64,000 bases of DNA, from assembly GCA_017962605.1 (NCBI GenBank), contig JAGCUY010000001.1, positions 27,880 to 91,879 of the forward strand. Direction: 5' to 3'. Within the stretch, counting starts at the first letter, position 1. Each line of letters starts with the position of its first letter. The position numbers and the translations under genes were made by a program. The notes under the pieces were generated by a model. It was not told the DNA's origin, made no database searches, and worked only from the letters and a program-made list of their open reading frames with translations. Of this stretch, positions 7,244 through 17,200 are shown in pieces. This stretch comes from Kiritimatiellia bacterium (GTDB taxonomy: Bacteria; Verrucomicrobiota; Kiritimatiellia; RFP12; JAAYLN01).

Positions 7244-9883
7244 TTATCTGGCTGCCGGCTTGACGTGTAGCCGATGTCTTCCGGATGCGAGTTCGCGCGG
7301 GGCACTGCCGGGAAGTTCCAGAACGGCGGTGGTGTTCGGCGGGACAACGAGCGTGACCTCAAGGGCGGTGGCATTGGCGTTGGCGCGCTTCCATTCAATG
7401 GAGGCGGTGCCGTGGCGCGTGGCGAGCGCGGCGCGCGCCCAGATGATGTCGCCGCCGGGAACCGGCGCGAATCGAATCTTGCGGAATCCCGGTTCCGCGA
7501 GGTCGATGCCGCCAACCGTCGCGTAGAGCCATTCGCCAATGGCGCCGTAGGCGTAGTGGTTGAACGAGTTCATGTTCACATCGCCAAAGCCGTGTCTGGA
7601 CGAGTAGCTGTTCCAGCGCTCCCACATTGTCGTGGCGTCGCCGTCGAGGATCTGGAAATACCAGGAGGGATACTTGCGGCGCTGGAGAAGCCTGTAGGCG
7701 AGGTCGGAGCGGCCGAAGCGCGTCAGCACTGGGCAGAGCAGCGGTGTGCCGAGGAATCCGGTGGTGAGCGAGTAGTCGCGCGACTCGATGAGATAGGCGA
7801 GGCGATCGACCATCCTGGCGATTGTCCTCTTGTCATCGACAAGTCCGAAGCCAAGTGTGACGAGGTAGCCGGTCTGCGTGTCGCCGGCGACGCGCCCACC
7901 GGCGGTGACGAACTCGCGGCGGTAGGCTGCGGCGACCTTGCGGCGCAGCGCGGCGAAGCGCCGGACATCCTCTTTCCTGCCAAGGGCCTTCGCAACTTGG
8001 ACCATGATGCCGGCGCAGCGGGCGAAGTAGGCTGTGGCGAGAAGGTCGGTGGGCGTCGGCGCGGCCTCGCGGACGGGATTGCCGTCCTCGTCCACGGGGC
8101 AATCGACGGCGAGCCAGTCGCCGTAGTGCCAGCAGTCGCGGTAGCGGACGACGCCATCGGGCGTGCAGACTCCCTGCCACCATTCAAGCCAACGCGACAT
8201 GGCGCCGTAGTGCTCGCGCAGGATGCCGGTGTCGCCATAAGTGAGATACATCGTCCAAGGGACGATGACGCCGGCGTCGGCGTAGCCGCAGTGCCCGGCG
8301 TTGGCCACGGGGAAGACATCGGGGTCGATGTCGGCGAAGGCGCCGTCGGCATGCTGGGCGTCGGCGATGTCGCGCATCCACTTGGTCATGAAGGCGGCGA
8401 TGTCGCGGTTGAAGGCCGCCGTGCGGACGAATACCTGCGCGTCGCCAGTCCAGCCGAGGCGCTCGTCGCGTTGCGGGCAGTCGGTCGGCACGTCGAAGTA
8501 GTTGCCCCGCTGCCCCCAGTTGAGGTTGGACCAGAGACGGTTGGCAATGGGGTCGGAGCATTCGAAACTGCCCGTCTGCGCCATCGTCGAGTGGATGACC
8601 ACGCCTTCCACGTCGCCGCACTTGGGCGGGACGGAGAAGTCGCCGGAGAGTTCGACGTAGCGGAACCCGTGGAAGGTGAAGTGCGGCTCGTATGTCTCAA
8701 AAACGTCTCCCCGGCAGATGTACACGTCCGTCGATTTCGCGGTGCGGTAGTTATCCGTGTAGATGGTGCCGTCGGGATTGAGCATCTCGGCATAGCGGAT
8801 GGTGATGGCGGCTCCAGACTTCCCGCGCAGCGAGAGGCGCGGACGCCCGACCATGTTCTGGCCGAAATCGAAGACGTAGTGCCCCGGCGTGGGCTCGGTG
8901 CGCTTCCTGGCGGCGAGGCGCTGCTGGCGCCTGACGCCATCGGCGAGGCGGGCGCAGAAGGCGGCATTGGGGCGATCCTTGATCTCGATGGCCTTTTGCC
9001 AGCCCGTCGCGGTGAAGCCGGGTGAGTCCCAGCCTTGGTGTTCGCGCCGCGCGTCGTAGGTCTCGCCGTTGTAGTGGTCGGAGGAGCGGACGGGGCTGTC
9101 CTCGGTGTAGCGCCAGGAGGTGTCGGTTACGATGGTCTGGCTTGTCCCGTCGGCGAATTCGACTTCCAGTTGCGCCAGGAAGGCGGTGGATGGGCCGTAG
9201 TGGTTGCGGTGGTCGGGCCAGACCATGGTGCCGGCGAACCAGCCGTCGCCCAGCATTGCCCCCAGGACGTTTTCACCCTTGCGCAGGAGTGCCGTAACAT
9301 CCCATGTGACGAGCTGGACGCGCTTGCGGTAGTCTGTCCAGCCGGGGACGAAAAGATCCTCGCTCGCCGGACGGCCGTTGACGGACATCTCCAGATCGCC
9401 GAAGGCCGAGACGTGAAGCCGCGCGCGGACGGGCTCGCCATCGAGGGAAAACGCCTTGCGGAACATCGGCGCGGGCATTCCGGGCCTGGTGCGCGGCTTC
9501 CTCGCGCCAATCCAGCGCGCCGTCACGCATCCACGGCCGAAGAGGCCGATTTCAAATGTTGCGGCGTCGCTCCACGGGGAGGGGGAGCCATCCTTGCCCC
9601 AGACCATGACGCGCCAGAAGACGGCGTCGCGCGGGCGCAACGCCTTGCCCGCGTAGGGGATGTCAAGCGTGTTGGAGGAGGTGACGCGCCCGGTGTCCCA
9701 GAGGTCGTATTTCCCCTCCGCCAGCTTGGCAGCGGACGAGGCGGCGACGAGTCGGTAGGCGGTCTGGCAGGCTCCTGGGCGCGGATCGTCGAGGCGCCAG
9801 GACAGGCGAGGCGTCCGTGTCTCAAGTCCGAGCGGGTTTTCGAGAAACTCGCAGACGAGGCCGATAGGGGTGCAGCTCTTCAT
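7244..9883 (-). CDS. Alpha-L-rhamnosidase, GH78
   Basis: DCPQRDERLGWTGDAQVF plus six-hairpin-glycosidase-like signatures. Paralog at 37893-40046. Start placed at MKSCTPIGL (M46 of the track ORF), which overlaps the stop of the upstream GH5 (ATGA). Confidence 0.75.
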   Translation of the reverse strand: MKSCTPIGLVCEFLENPLGLETRTPRLSWRLDDPRPGACQTAYRLVAASSAAKLAEGKYDLWDTGRVTSSNTLDIPYAGKALRPRDAVFWRVMVWGKDGSPSPWSDAATFEIGLFGRGCVTARWIGARKPRTRPGMPAPMFRKAFSLDGEPVRARLHVSAFGDLEMSVNGRPASEDLFVPGWTDYRKRVQLVTWDVTALLRKGENVLGAMLGDGWFAGTMVWPDHRNHYGPSTAFLAQLEVEFADGTSQTIVTDTSWRYTEDSPVRSSDHYNGETYDARREHQGWDSPGFTATGWQKAIEIKDRPNAAFCARLADGVRRQQRLAARKRTEPTPGHYVFDFGQNMVGRPRLSLRGKSGAAITIRYAEMLNPDGTIYTDNYRTAKSTDVYICRGDVFETYEPHFTFHGFRYVELSGDFSVPPKCGDVEGVVIHSTMAQTGSFECSDPIANRLWSNLNWGQRGNYFDVPTDCPQRDERLGWTGDAQVFVRTAAFNRDIAAFMTKWMRDIADAQHADGAFADIDPDVFPVANAGHCGYADAGVIVPWTMYLTYGDTGILREHYGAMSRWLEWWQGVCTPDGVVRYRDCWHYGDWLAVDCPVDEDGNPVREAAPTPTDLLATAYFARCAGIMVQVAKALGRKEDVRRFAALRRKVAAAYRREFVTAGGRVAGDTQTGYLVTLGFGLVDDKRTIARMVDRLAYLIESRDYSLTTGFLGTPLLCPVLTRFGRSDLAYRLLQRRKYPSWYFQILDGDATTMWERWNSYSSRHGFGDVNMNSFNHYAYGAIGEWLYATVGGIDLAEPGFRKIRFAPVPGGDIIWARAALATRHGTASIEWKRANANATALEVTLVVPPNTTAVLELPGSAPRELASGRHRLHVKPAAR

Positions 9884-11478
9884 GGACGGCGTAGCCCTTC
9901 CACCAGGACGCGCTTGCGCGGGGTGTCGGTGGCCGGAACGAGGCCGCTCCAGTTGGGGCCTTCCTGTTCGACGCTCCAGCCCTCCCATTCGCGGAAGGCG
10001 TGGTAGCTCCAATCCCATCCGTATTCCTCGAAGATGTCGATGCAGTCACGGAGATACTGGTCTGCCCCCGGCGCCCAGGCGACGGCGCTGAACTCGCCGC
10101 AGTAGATCTTCGCCCCGTGGCGCAGCTGGAATTCGCGCACCGGCCGCAGCCCGGCCCGCAGGTAGTCCTTGTTCCAGCCCTTCGACTCGTCGGGGTAGGG
10201 GCGATAGGTGTCGCCCTGCTTCCACATAACGCCCTGGTGCGTGTAGGCGAGGGGCAGGTACATGTGGACCTGGTAGATGATGTTCGTAAGTTCCAGCGGG
10301 GAGAAGCACCCGTAGGCCCACGGGGAGTCCTGCCCATTGCATTCGACGATAATCGGCATTTCGGGGTCGATCTCGCGGATGGCCTCGGCGGCGCGCTTCT
10401 GGAGCGTCCAAAAGTCGCATCCCGGCGCGGCCTCGCCAATCTGCATCGGCTCGTTCCAGAGGTCGTAGCCGTAGATGCCCTCGCGCCCCTTGAAGCGCCG
10501 CGCGATGCGGCGCCAAGTCTCGATGAAATGCTCGGCCACGGCGGGGTCGTGGAGGATGTTCCACTCGTTGAACTCGTTCTTCATCCCCGGGACCTCGTGC
10601 ATGTCGATAACGACCTTCATGCCGCGCGCCACCGCCTGCGGGAGGACGAACGAGTCGAAGTGGTCAAGCCTTGTTTTGAGCCAGCGGTCATATTCGCCAA
10701 GGTCCGGCGTCACCTTCTGCGCATTCCAGTTGCGGCCCATCTGATAGCGGATCAGCGTCGCGCCCCAGGATTGGAGCGTGTCGAAGTCGTCGAGGGTCAT
10801 CTCCTGCGATGGGGACATTACGCCACGGAAAACATCTTTTTCACACAGAGCCACAGAGCCACAGAGTTTTTTGCTTTGATTGTTTGGCGCGGTCTCCCTC
10901 TGTGCCTTTGTGCCTCTGTGTGAGATAATTCTATCCGAATATGCGCACTTCAGCGTCTGGTTCGTGATCGGCCAGAGTGGGACGGGCTCGCCGATGCGGA
11001 GGGTCGAGAGGTCGAAGACGGCGCGGCCGCTCGTTTCCTGGAGGCCGATCATCATGCGCGCCTTGGAGCGCGTCGTTCCGGCGACGAGATCGGACACGCG
11101 GATGGTCTGCTGGGGGAAGTCGCCGAGACGGTTCGGCGTGTTGGGGTAGCTCCATTCGCCGGAGAGCGGGTCTTCGTATTCGAATTGGAACTTCAGGCCC
11201 GTGTACCAGTGCAGCGGCTTGGCGATGCGTTCGCCGCTCGCGACGATTGAGGCGCCGATGGGCCTGCCGTCCCATTCGGCGATGTCGAGTTGGGCCGTGG
11301 CGAGGCCACCGGTCTCTTCTTCGCCGACCGGTACGTCGACAATCAGGAGGTTGCCCTCTATGCGGGCGTTCGGCCCGCATTTCCACTTGAGCGCGGGCGC
11401 ATCGGCCGCGACAATTCGCGGCCCTCCCAGAATAGCGGCCGCCGCCACGGTGATTATTGCAAAAGATCTGCTCTTCAT
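9880..11478 (-). CDS. Secreted GH5-family glycoside hydrolase with an N-terminal accessory domain
   Basis: Signal peptide MKSRSFAIITVAAAAILG. DLWNEP (clan GH-A acid/base) and GEFSAV (nucleophile region). Colinear paralog of the N-terminal 580 aa of 29652-32501. Confidence 0.75.
   Translation of the reverse strand: MKSRSFAIITVAAAAILGGPRIVAADAPALKWKCGPNARIEGNLLIVDVPVGEEETGGLATAQLDIAEWDGRPIGASIVASGERIAKPLHWYTGLKFQFEYEDPLSGEWSYPNTPNRLGDFPQQTIRVSDLVAGTTRSKARMMIGLQETSGRAVFDLSTLRIGEPVPLWPITNQTLKCAYSDRIISHRGTKAQRETAPNNQSKKLCGSVALCEKDVFRGVMSPSQEMTLDDFDTLQSWGATLIRYQMGRNWNAQKVTPDLGEYDRWLKTRLDHFDSFVLPQAVARGMKVVIDMHEVPGMKNEFNEWNILHDPAVAEHFIETWRRIARRFKGREGIYGYDLWNEPMQIGEAAPGCDFWTLQKRAAEAIREIDPEMPIIVECNGQDSPWAYGCFSPLELTNIIYQVHMYLPLAYTHQGVMWKQGDTYRPYPDESKGWNKDYLRAGLRPVREFQLRHGAKIYCGEFSAVAWAPGADQYLRDCIDIFEEYGWDWSYHAFREWEGWSVEQEGPNWSGLVPATDTPRKRVLVEGLRRP
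10842..10924. repeat. 83-bp palindromic element: inverted pair of (CTCTGTG)3-like repeats around a 31-nt core, inserted in-frame in the GH5 linker
   Basis: CACACAGAGCCACAGAGCCACAGAG ... CTCTGTGCCTTTGTGCCTCTGTGTGAG. Encodes IISHRGTKAQRE...LCGSVALCEKD, absent from the paralog at the equivalent position. Confidence 0.7.
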
Positions 11479-12941
11479 AGGTTGCTCCTATCGAATTTCA
11501 CCAGGAAGGCGGCGGAACCGGCGAGTTCCTTCGTGAGCGTCAGGCAATTGCCGTCCAGTTTCATCCTTGCAGGCGCGAAGTCACGCTCGTGGTCGAGTAT
11601 CGCAGCGGAGACGGGCGTTCCGGCGTTCCTGACATCTACAATAATCTCCTTCGCCGTGCCGCCGTAGTCCGAGACGAGCAGCCATCCGGTCTTGCCGTCA
11701 GCCGACTTCGCGGCGAAGGTGGCCACTGTCCCTTCGTGCGTCGATTCGCACAGCGTGGCACATTCGGCCATCAGCTGGCCAAACGCCTTGAGCGCGTGCC
11801 ACACCTTGTATTTGTTCCCGAAGTCGTCCATGTAGCCCCATGCGCCGGTATGCCGGCACCCGTAGTAGAACGCCTGGCTGTATTTGGACGTCTGGAGCCG
11901 CGACAGCACCGAAAGCGCAAAGCACGACGAGTCGATGCCGTTGTGCGAGCGCGGGCCCGACCACACGCGCTCCTGCACGGCGGGGTCGGCGCTGCGCAGC
12001 GCCGCGAAGCCGCCCTCGCCGAGGAAGTGCCATTCGTCGTTGACCAGCTCGCAATCGGTGAAGCCGTATTCGTCGCAGATCCGGCGGGCGGCCTCGGCCT
12101 GTTCGATGAGGTCTTCGGGGATTGAGCCGTAGTAGTGCCAGGAGATGAAATCGGGCGCGACGCCAGCCTCCCTGCAGCCGTCGAGGATTGCCCGCAGATA
12201 CGGCTCGTCCCACCAGCACAGCGCGGGGCCGCCGACCTTGATGTCGGGGAACTCGCCCTTGAGCCGCTTCAGCGTCTTGACGAACAGCTCCACGAAGAGC
12301 TTTTGCCGGACCTCGGCGGTCTCCGCGTCGGACTTGCCGGCAAGGCACCACATGCAGTTGTCGTTGTCCGGCTCGTTCCAGATTTCCCAGTATTTGATGC
12401 CCCACCGCTTGCCGTTGGCCCAGCCCTGGTTGTAGTGGCGCACCGTCCCGGCGAACGTCTCGACCATCTTGTCGATGTCATCGGGGATCCGGGCGTTGAA
12501 GTGTGTGGCGCCCGAATGCTCGATGGAAGTCCCCAGCCTGTAGAATATCTTCAGGCCGATATCGCGGGAAAGGCCCAGCAGGTAGTCGGTGGGCTCAAAG
12601 TAGTAGTTCGACGGGTCGGACGCGTCGAGGTGCGGCAGCGGGAAGATGAAGTGGGCATCGACGACACGCTGGCCCTCGTTGATGCGCGCGAGGTCATGGG
12701 TGCGGACGGAGTGGAAGTTCAGCGCCTTCACGTCGCGCGAAGTGTCGGCCACATCCTCGACCATCGGCGCGTAGCCGGACGAGTGCAGCTCCCTGCGGAC
12801 GGGGCCGGTTTCGGCTGCAAAGTCCGCCCCAAGCCCCGCACATTTTCCATTTGCGCCCATTGCCATTGCACCAACGAGAATTGTCAACGCGGAGACGGGA
12901 AGACGCCTCATGACTTGCGCAACCGTGCTTCCATTGTTCAT
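11475..12941 (-). CDS. Clan GH-A glycoside hydrolase (GH39/GH30-like)
   Basis: KYWEIWNEPDND motif. Signal-peptide-like N-terminus (MRRLPVSALTILVGAMAMGA; the true start may be M11 at about 12911). Confidence 0.5.
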   Translation of the reverse strand: MNNGSTVAQVMRRLPVSALTILVGAMAMGANGKCAGLGADFAAETGPVRRELHSSGYAPMVEDVADTSRDVKALNFHSVRTHDLARINEGQRVVDAHFIFPLPHLDASDPSNYYFEPTDYLLGLSRDIGLKIFYRLGTSIEHSGATHFNARIPDDIDKMVETFAGTVRHYNQGWANGKRWGIKYWEIWNEPDNDNCMWCLAGKSDAETAEVRQKLFVELFVKTLKRLKGEFPDIKVGGPALCWWDEPYLRAILDGCREAGVAPDFISWHYYGSIPEDLIEQAEAARRICDEYGFTDCELVNDEWHFLGEGGFAALRSADPAVQERVWSGPRSHNGIDSSCFALSVLSRLQTSKYSQAFYYGCRHTGAWGYMDDFGNKYKVWHALKAFGQLMAECATLCESTHEGTVATFAAKSADGKTGWLLVSDYGGTAKEIIVDVRNAGTPVSAAILDHERDFAPARMKLDGNCLTLTKELAGSAAFLVKFDRSNL

Positions 12942-15900
12942 CGTAGAATGAGCGTGGAGCCAGACAGCCTGTCTAGGCTGACATCCGAGAACTTCCAGTT
13001 GTGGAACGGGACGTCGGCGAAAGGAGCGAGCGAGCCGGAGGAAGTCAGTCCCACGTACACCGTCCTTCCGTATGCGCCTTCGCTGTCCGTGATGCTGCAG
13101 TAGTCCGTCCAGGCGGTCCTTGCTCCATTGCCGTCAAGCCCCCTGTAGCTGAAGGTGAAGACATTGCCTTTGCGTGTCAGGCGCAGCCAGCCGACGTTGC
13201 CGACGCCGACTGCGGTCGTGTCGAACTCGTCGTCGATGGCCGAAATGCCCTCCCCGTTCGCGGCGCGGTATTTGTCGCCAAGCATGAGGGCGTCGCCGTT
13301 ATCGCGCCAGCGGAGGAAGCACGCCGCGAACGGATCGCCGACGGCAAGTCCGGAGCGCACCATCAGGCCGCACTTCTCGCCGAGGAAGCGATTGTAGGTC
13401 CAGTCATCCGATTCGATCTTCGCCGTCAGCACAAAATTGCCATCAAACGGCTGCCACAGGTAGTTGTAGCCATTTTCGCCGTTTGCGACATCGCTGCCGC
13501 CGTATGCGAAGCGGATGGAGCCGTCATTGCCGAACAGAACGTCTCCAGACGGGCAGACTGCCGAATTGGCGCTGAACGTCCGGGCGCCGGACCAGCCTTC
13601 CGGCAGCGCATTCGCAACTGGCACAAGCTGCGATGCGGGAATGATCTCGCGCTCGACGGCTCCGCTCCAGTAGAGGCGGCAGATGTTGTCGCCGTCCTTC
13701 TGGAACCACGTCATAACTACATCGTGCTTGCCCGCCGTGAGATTGATGGTGTCGGGCGCCGTGGTCTGGACCGTGCTGGCCTTGGCCTTGCGGTAGAGGG
13801 TCGGCGTCTTGTCAATCCAGAGGTTCACCGCGTCGTCGGACTCGGCTTCGAACACATAGTTTCCGGCAAACGGCACGATCAGCTTGCCCGACCAGCGCAC
13901 GAAGAAGTTCCCCGTCGAACCGCCGACCGAAACGTCGCTGAAGTTGATCGCCGCGTTCGTCTCGACCGAAACGACCGACTCTCCGGCGCCCGTCGTTCCG
14001 TAGGGACTGCTCCACACGCCGTGAAGTCCGACGCCGTCGCCGGTGATGTACGGACGGGCCGTGCAGTCCTCCGAATACGCCACGTCTTCGCCGTAGGTTG
14101 TCCTGACGCGATACGTGTAGCGAGTGCCGGACGTGACGCTCGAATCCGTCCAGGACGTCGTCGCGGCGGGAATGTCGCTGCCCACGGCCTCCCACGCGCC
14201 GTCGTCTGTCTTGCGTTCGACGGTGTACGTGCCGTGGCCAACAGGCGTCCATGTCAGCGTCACGGAGGGCGTCGCACCGCTTCCATACGAAACCGCGATG
14301 TCTTCCACTGCCTGCGCAACCACAAGATCGGAATCAAGCCATCCGTAGAACTGGATTTCGCCTACGTTGCCGCCCCATCCGACACCGGGATTGGTGTAGT
14401 AGAGATAGCGGTACGTGTTGGCAGTGTCGAGGCTGTCGTTGTCGTGCCAGACGCAGAGGCCTTTCCAGACAAGCGGCTCGGTCAGCGCCGTGTGATTGCC
14501 GTCCTGAAGCCAGTCCTCGTCGTTCGACCCGTAAAGCGTCACGCCTGTGACGCGTCCGGGCCCTTCAGAGTAACTCGTGACGGAGTAGAAGCGAGCGTGC
14601 GCAACATGCGCCGCCTCGCCAAGATCGACGCCGATACATGTGTTCGGCGAGGTGTCGGCAACACCGACCCAGTCATAATTGTAGGTGCATCCAGCGCTTG
14701 ACGTGTTCCCGCTCTCCATGTAGAGGACGTTGTTGAACGCGAGCAGGATGCTGTTCGTGACGGCCTCCCATGTCTGGCCATAAACGGGTGACCTCCCTTC
14801 CTGTCCGCAGTTGTAGATGACGTTAACGCCGGAGCGAAGATGCCCCATGTCGCTCGGATCGCGTTCCAGAAGCCGCCAGCGGCGGAACGCAATCGAGGTC
14901 TCGTTCGTGAACGAAACGTCTTCGCCGGCAATCGAATAGTTCGCCGCGACGCGGTAGTAGCACAATGCTCCGACAGGGGCGGACGCATCCACGCATGTGT
15001 CTGCACCTTTGCCAACCTGCGCGACCTCCGTCCACGGTCCATTCGCGCCGGGCGCCCGCAAGATCGACGTTCCCGACGAACCAAGTGCCGGTTGCCAGCC
15101 AAGGACGGCGACCGGATTCGGGAATTCGCCGCGCCTGATCGTCAGCCCTGTCGGAGCAGACATCGCGACGGGCGTGGCCGTCCCGGAAACGGGCGCATAG
15201 AATTGATGGTTGACGCGGTCGTAGAGTCCGCAGACGCCGTTCTTCTCTGCTGGAATGAACACACGCACATACTCGCCGCCGTTCTCGATCTTGAAAGACC
15301 AAAGCGTACACGCTCCGGGGTCTTCTGTTCCCGGAACCGTCATGGCCGTGTCATTGTCGGAAAAGTCGTAGGCGTTGACCGTCTGAACGGTCTCGCCATT
15401 GACGACAAGCGATTGGCCGCATTCGACGGTCATGCGCTGCCCGGCGGCAAACTCACCAACCGCGCCGTTGTTCGCAGCAGTGCCGTAGCGATAGTAGAAA
15501 CTTGGGCCGAACGTGTCAGACAAGTCAAGGTTGAGAATCCAGCAGCCTTCGCCGCGGTTCTTGACGCCGAAAAGGTCGAAATCGTAGACTGTGTCGGGGC
15601 TTACGTCGGCAATGACGCGCGGATGGTCCGTAACGACATAGTCCGTGTTGAAGTAGGTACCGCTTGGAATGTGTATCGCGTCCAAGAGCCGGTCGTACTG
15701 CTCCGCCGTCACCGTGCCGGTGCCGACATTCGAGTAGAACTGTCCGGCGATGCGGTCGTAGAGTCCGCATTCGCCATTCTTCACCGCCGGAACGAAGTCG
15801 CGCACGAGCCGTCCGCTGTCCTCGATCTTGAACGAATGGAGAACATAAGGAGCTGTGCGACGTTCGCCTGGAATCGTCATTGCGGTGCTGTTCTCGGCAA

Positions 15901-16864
15901 AATCGTAGTCGGCGGCGGTCTGGACCACATTGCCGTTGACGACAAGCGTCCTGCCGCAGTCGATCAGAAGCCGCTGATAGGCGGAGAACGAACCGACCGC
16001 GCCGCCACTCGCGGAAGTGCCATAACGATAGTAGAAACTTGGATGATAGCCGCCGGTCGTGGTCGTATCAATGTTGAGAATCCAGCAGCCTTCGCTGCGC
16101 TCCTTGACCCCGAAAAGGTCAAATTCTTGGCCGTTTGTATCGCCGACGCTTATGCTGGCGATGACGCGCGGATTGTCCTTTACGACATAGCCTGTTTCAA
16201 AGTAGGCTCCGTCTGGAATGTTGATCGCATCTACAAGGCGGTCATACGCCGGCGCCACCGTGCCGGATTCCGGCGCGTAGAACTGGTCTTTCGCGCGGTC
16301 GTAGAGTCCGCAGACGCCATCCTTCTCGGCCGGCAGGAAGTCGCGCACGAGAACTCCGCCGTCCCAGAGCTGGAACGCCATGAGCGTGAACAGCTCTTGC
16401 CTCTCGCCGGGAATCGTCAACGTCGTCTCGTTGGACGAGAAGTCATAGTCGCTGACGTGCTGGACTTCCTCTCCGTTTACGACGAGAGTCCTGCCGCAGT
16501 CGATGTCGAGACGCTGGCGGGCGGAGAAATTGCCGCCCACGCCGTCGCTAGCGCTGCTCGCCGTCCCGTAGCGATAGTAGAAACTTGGATGCCAACCGCC
16601 GGTTACGGACATATCAACGTTGAGGATCCAACAGCCATCGACGCGAGACTTGACCCCGAAAAGGTCGAAACTCTGATCGTATGTCTCTTTGACGCTTATG
16701 CTGGCGACGACGCGCGGATGATCCTTGACGACATAGCCCGTGTCGAAGTAGGCGCCGATTGGAACGTCTATTGCGTCCAGGAGCCGGTCGTATTGCTCCG
16801 CCGAAGTCGTTGCGGCCAGAACCAGAGCCGCCGAGAGGGCGATAATGGAGGACTTGCAGTTCAT
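12938..16864 (-). CDS. Large secreted surface protein: three tandem ~215-aa repeats, a fibronectin-III-like region and a PA14 domain
   Basis: Signal peptide MNCKSSIIALSAALVLAATTSA preceded by AAGGAGAAAAAC-ATG. Triplicated YDRLxDAIxxPxGxYFxTxYVVxDxPRV...GCWILN module. PA14-like FVRWSGKLIVPFAGNYVFEAESDDAVNLWIDK. Confidence 0.7.
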   Translation of the reverse strand: MNCKSSIIALSAALVLAATTSAEQYDRLLDAIDVPIGAYFDTGYVVKDHPRVVASISVKETYDQSFDLFGVKSRVDGCWILNVDMSVTGGWHPSFYYRYGTASSASDGVGGNFSARQRLDIDCGRTLVVNGEEVQHVSDYDFSSNETTLTIPGERQELFTLMAFQLWDGGVLVRDFLPAEKDGVCGLYDRAKDQFYAPESGTVAPAYDRLVDAINIPDGAYFETGYVVKDNPRVIASISVGDTNGQEFDLFGVKERSEGCWILNIDTTTTGGYHPSFYYRYGTSASGGAVGSFSAYQRLLIDCGRTLVVNGNVVQTAADYDFAENSTAMTIPGERRTAPYVLHSFKIEDSGRLVRDFVPAVKNGECGLYDRIAGQFYSNVGTGTVTAEQYDRLLDAIHIPSGTYFNTDYVVTDHPRVIADVSPDTVYDFDLFGVKNRGEGCWILNLDLSDTFGPSFYYRYGTAANNGAVGEFAAGQRMTVECGQSLVVNGETVQTVNAYDFSDNDTAMTVPGTEDPGACTLWSFKIENGGEYVRVFIPAEKNGVCGLYDRVNHQFYAPVSGTATPVAMSAPTGLTIRRGEFPNPVAVLGWQPALGSSGTSILRAPGANGPWTEVAQVGKGADTCVDASAPVGALCYYRVAANYSIAGEDVSFTNETSIAFRRWRLLERDPSDMGHLRSGVNVIYNCGQEGRSPVYGQTWEAVTNSILLAFNNVLYMESGNTSSAGCTYNYDWVGVADTSPNTCIGVDLGEAAHVAHARFYSVTSYSEGPGRVTGVTLYGSNDEDWLQDGNHTALTEPLVWKGLCVWHDNDSLDTANTYRYLYYTNPGVGWGGNVGEIQFYGWLDSDLVVAQAVEDIAVSYGSGATPSVTLTWTPVGHGTYTVERKTDDGAWEAVGSDIPAATTSWTDSSVTSGTRYTYRVRTTYGEDVAYSEDCTARPYITGDGVGLHGVWSSPYGTTGAGESVVSVETNAAINFSDVSVGGSTGNFFVRWSGKLIVPFAGNYVFEAESDDAVNLWIDKTPTLYRKAKASTVQTTAPDTINLTAGKHDVVMTWFQKDGDNICRLYWSGAVEREIIPASQLVPVANALPEGWSGARTFSANSAVCPSGDVLFGNDGSIRFAYGGSDVANGENGYNYLWQPFDGNFVLTAKIESDDWTYNRFLGEKCGLMVRSGLAVGDPFAACFLRWRDNGDALMLGDKYRAANGEGISAIDDEFDTTAVGVGNVGWLRLTRKGNVFTFSYRGLDGNGARTAWTDYCSITDSEGAYGRTVYVGLTSSGSLAPFADVPFHNWKFSDVSLDRLSGSTLILR

Positions 16865-17200
16865 GTTTTTCTCCTTAAGGTCGGTTGATGATGCCAACGA
16901 TTATACCAAACTGCCGCAAGGTGGTGTTATTGCCTTTCGCGCACAAAAATATGTATGTATTGCGAAAAAATACGCGCTGTCCGGCGTGGCCGACTGGCGC
17001 TCGGGCTGTAGCGACACCCCGACGCAGCCGAAGCGACGGAGCGCGGTTCGTCCGACTCGCGTTTGAAATCCTCGCCCCGCTGGCCGCAATGGCGAAACGC
17101 TGTTTTATCTTCGATTTTTAATAAGATAAAACAGTGATTCGCGCATGAAATCGCTTCAATCGTTGACTTTTCATTGTGATTGTGCTAGAATTTTCAGTCG

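Noticed and set aside
7274-9025. Long antisense ORFs opposite real genes, including 7274-9025+, 13001-14701+, 14840-16888+, 22690-24285+, 38325-39815+, 39830-41134+, 42196-43806+, 47907-48851-, 49323-50267+ and 51757-52785+.
   Set aside because: They are Arg/Ala/Gly-rich, low-complexity translations typical of shadow frames in high-GC DNA, with no motifs. The opposite strand carries well-supported enzymes at each site.
9884-10018. 45-codon N-terminal extension of the GH78 ORF (MGLELPRLPRM...).
   Set aside because: It overlaps the upstream GH5 coding sequence. The internal ATG (MKSCTPIGL) gives a canonical rhamnosidase start with stop-start overlap.
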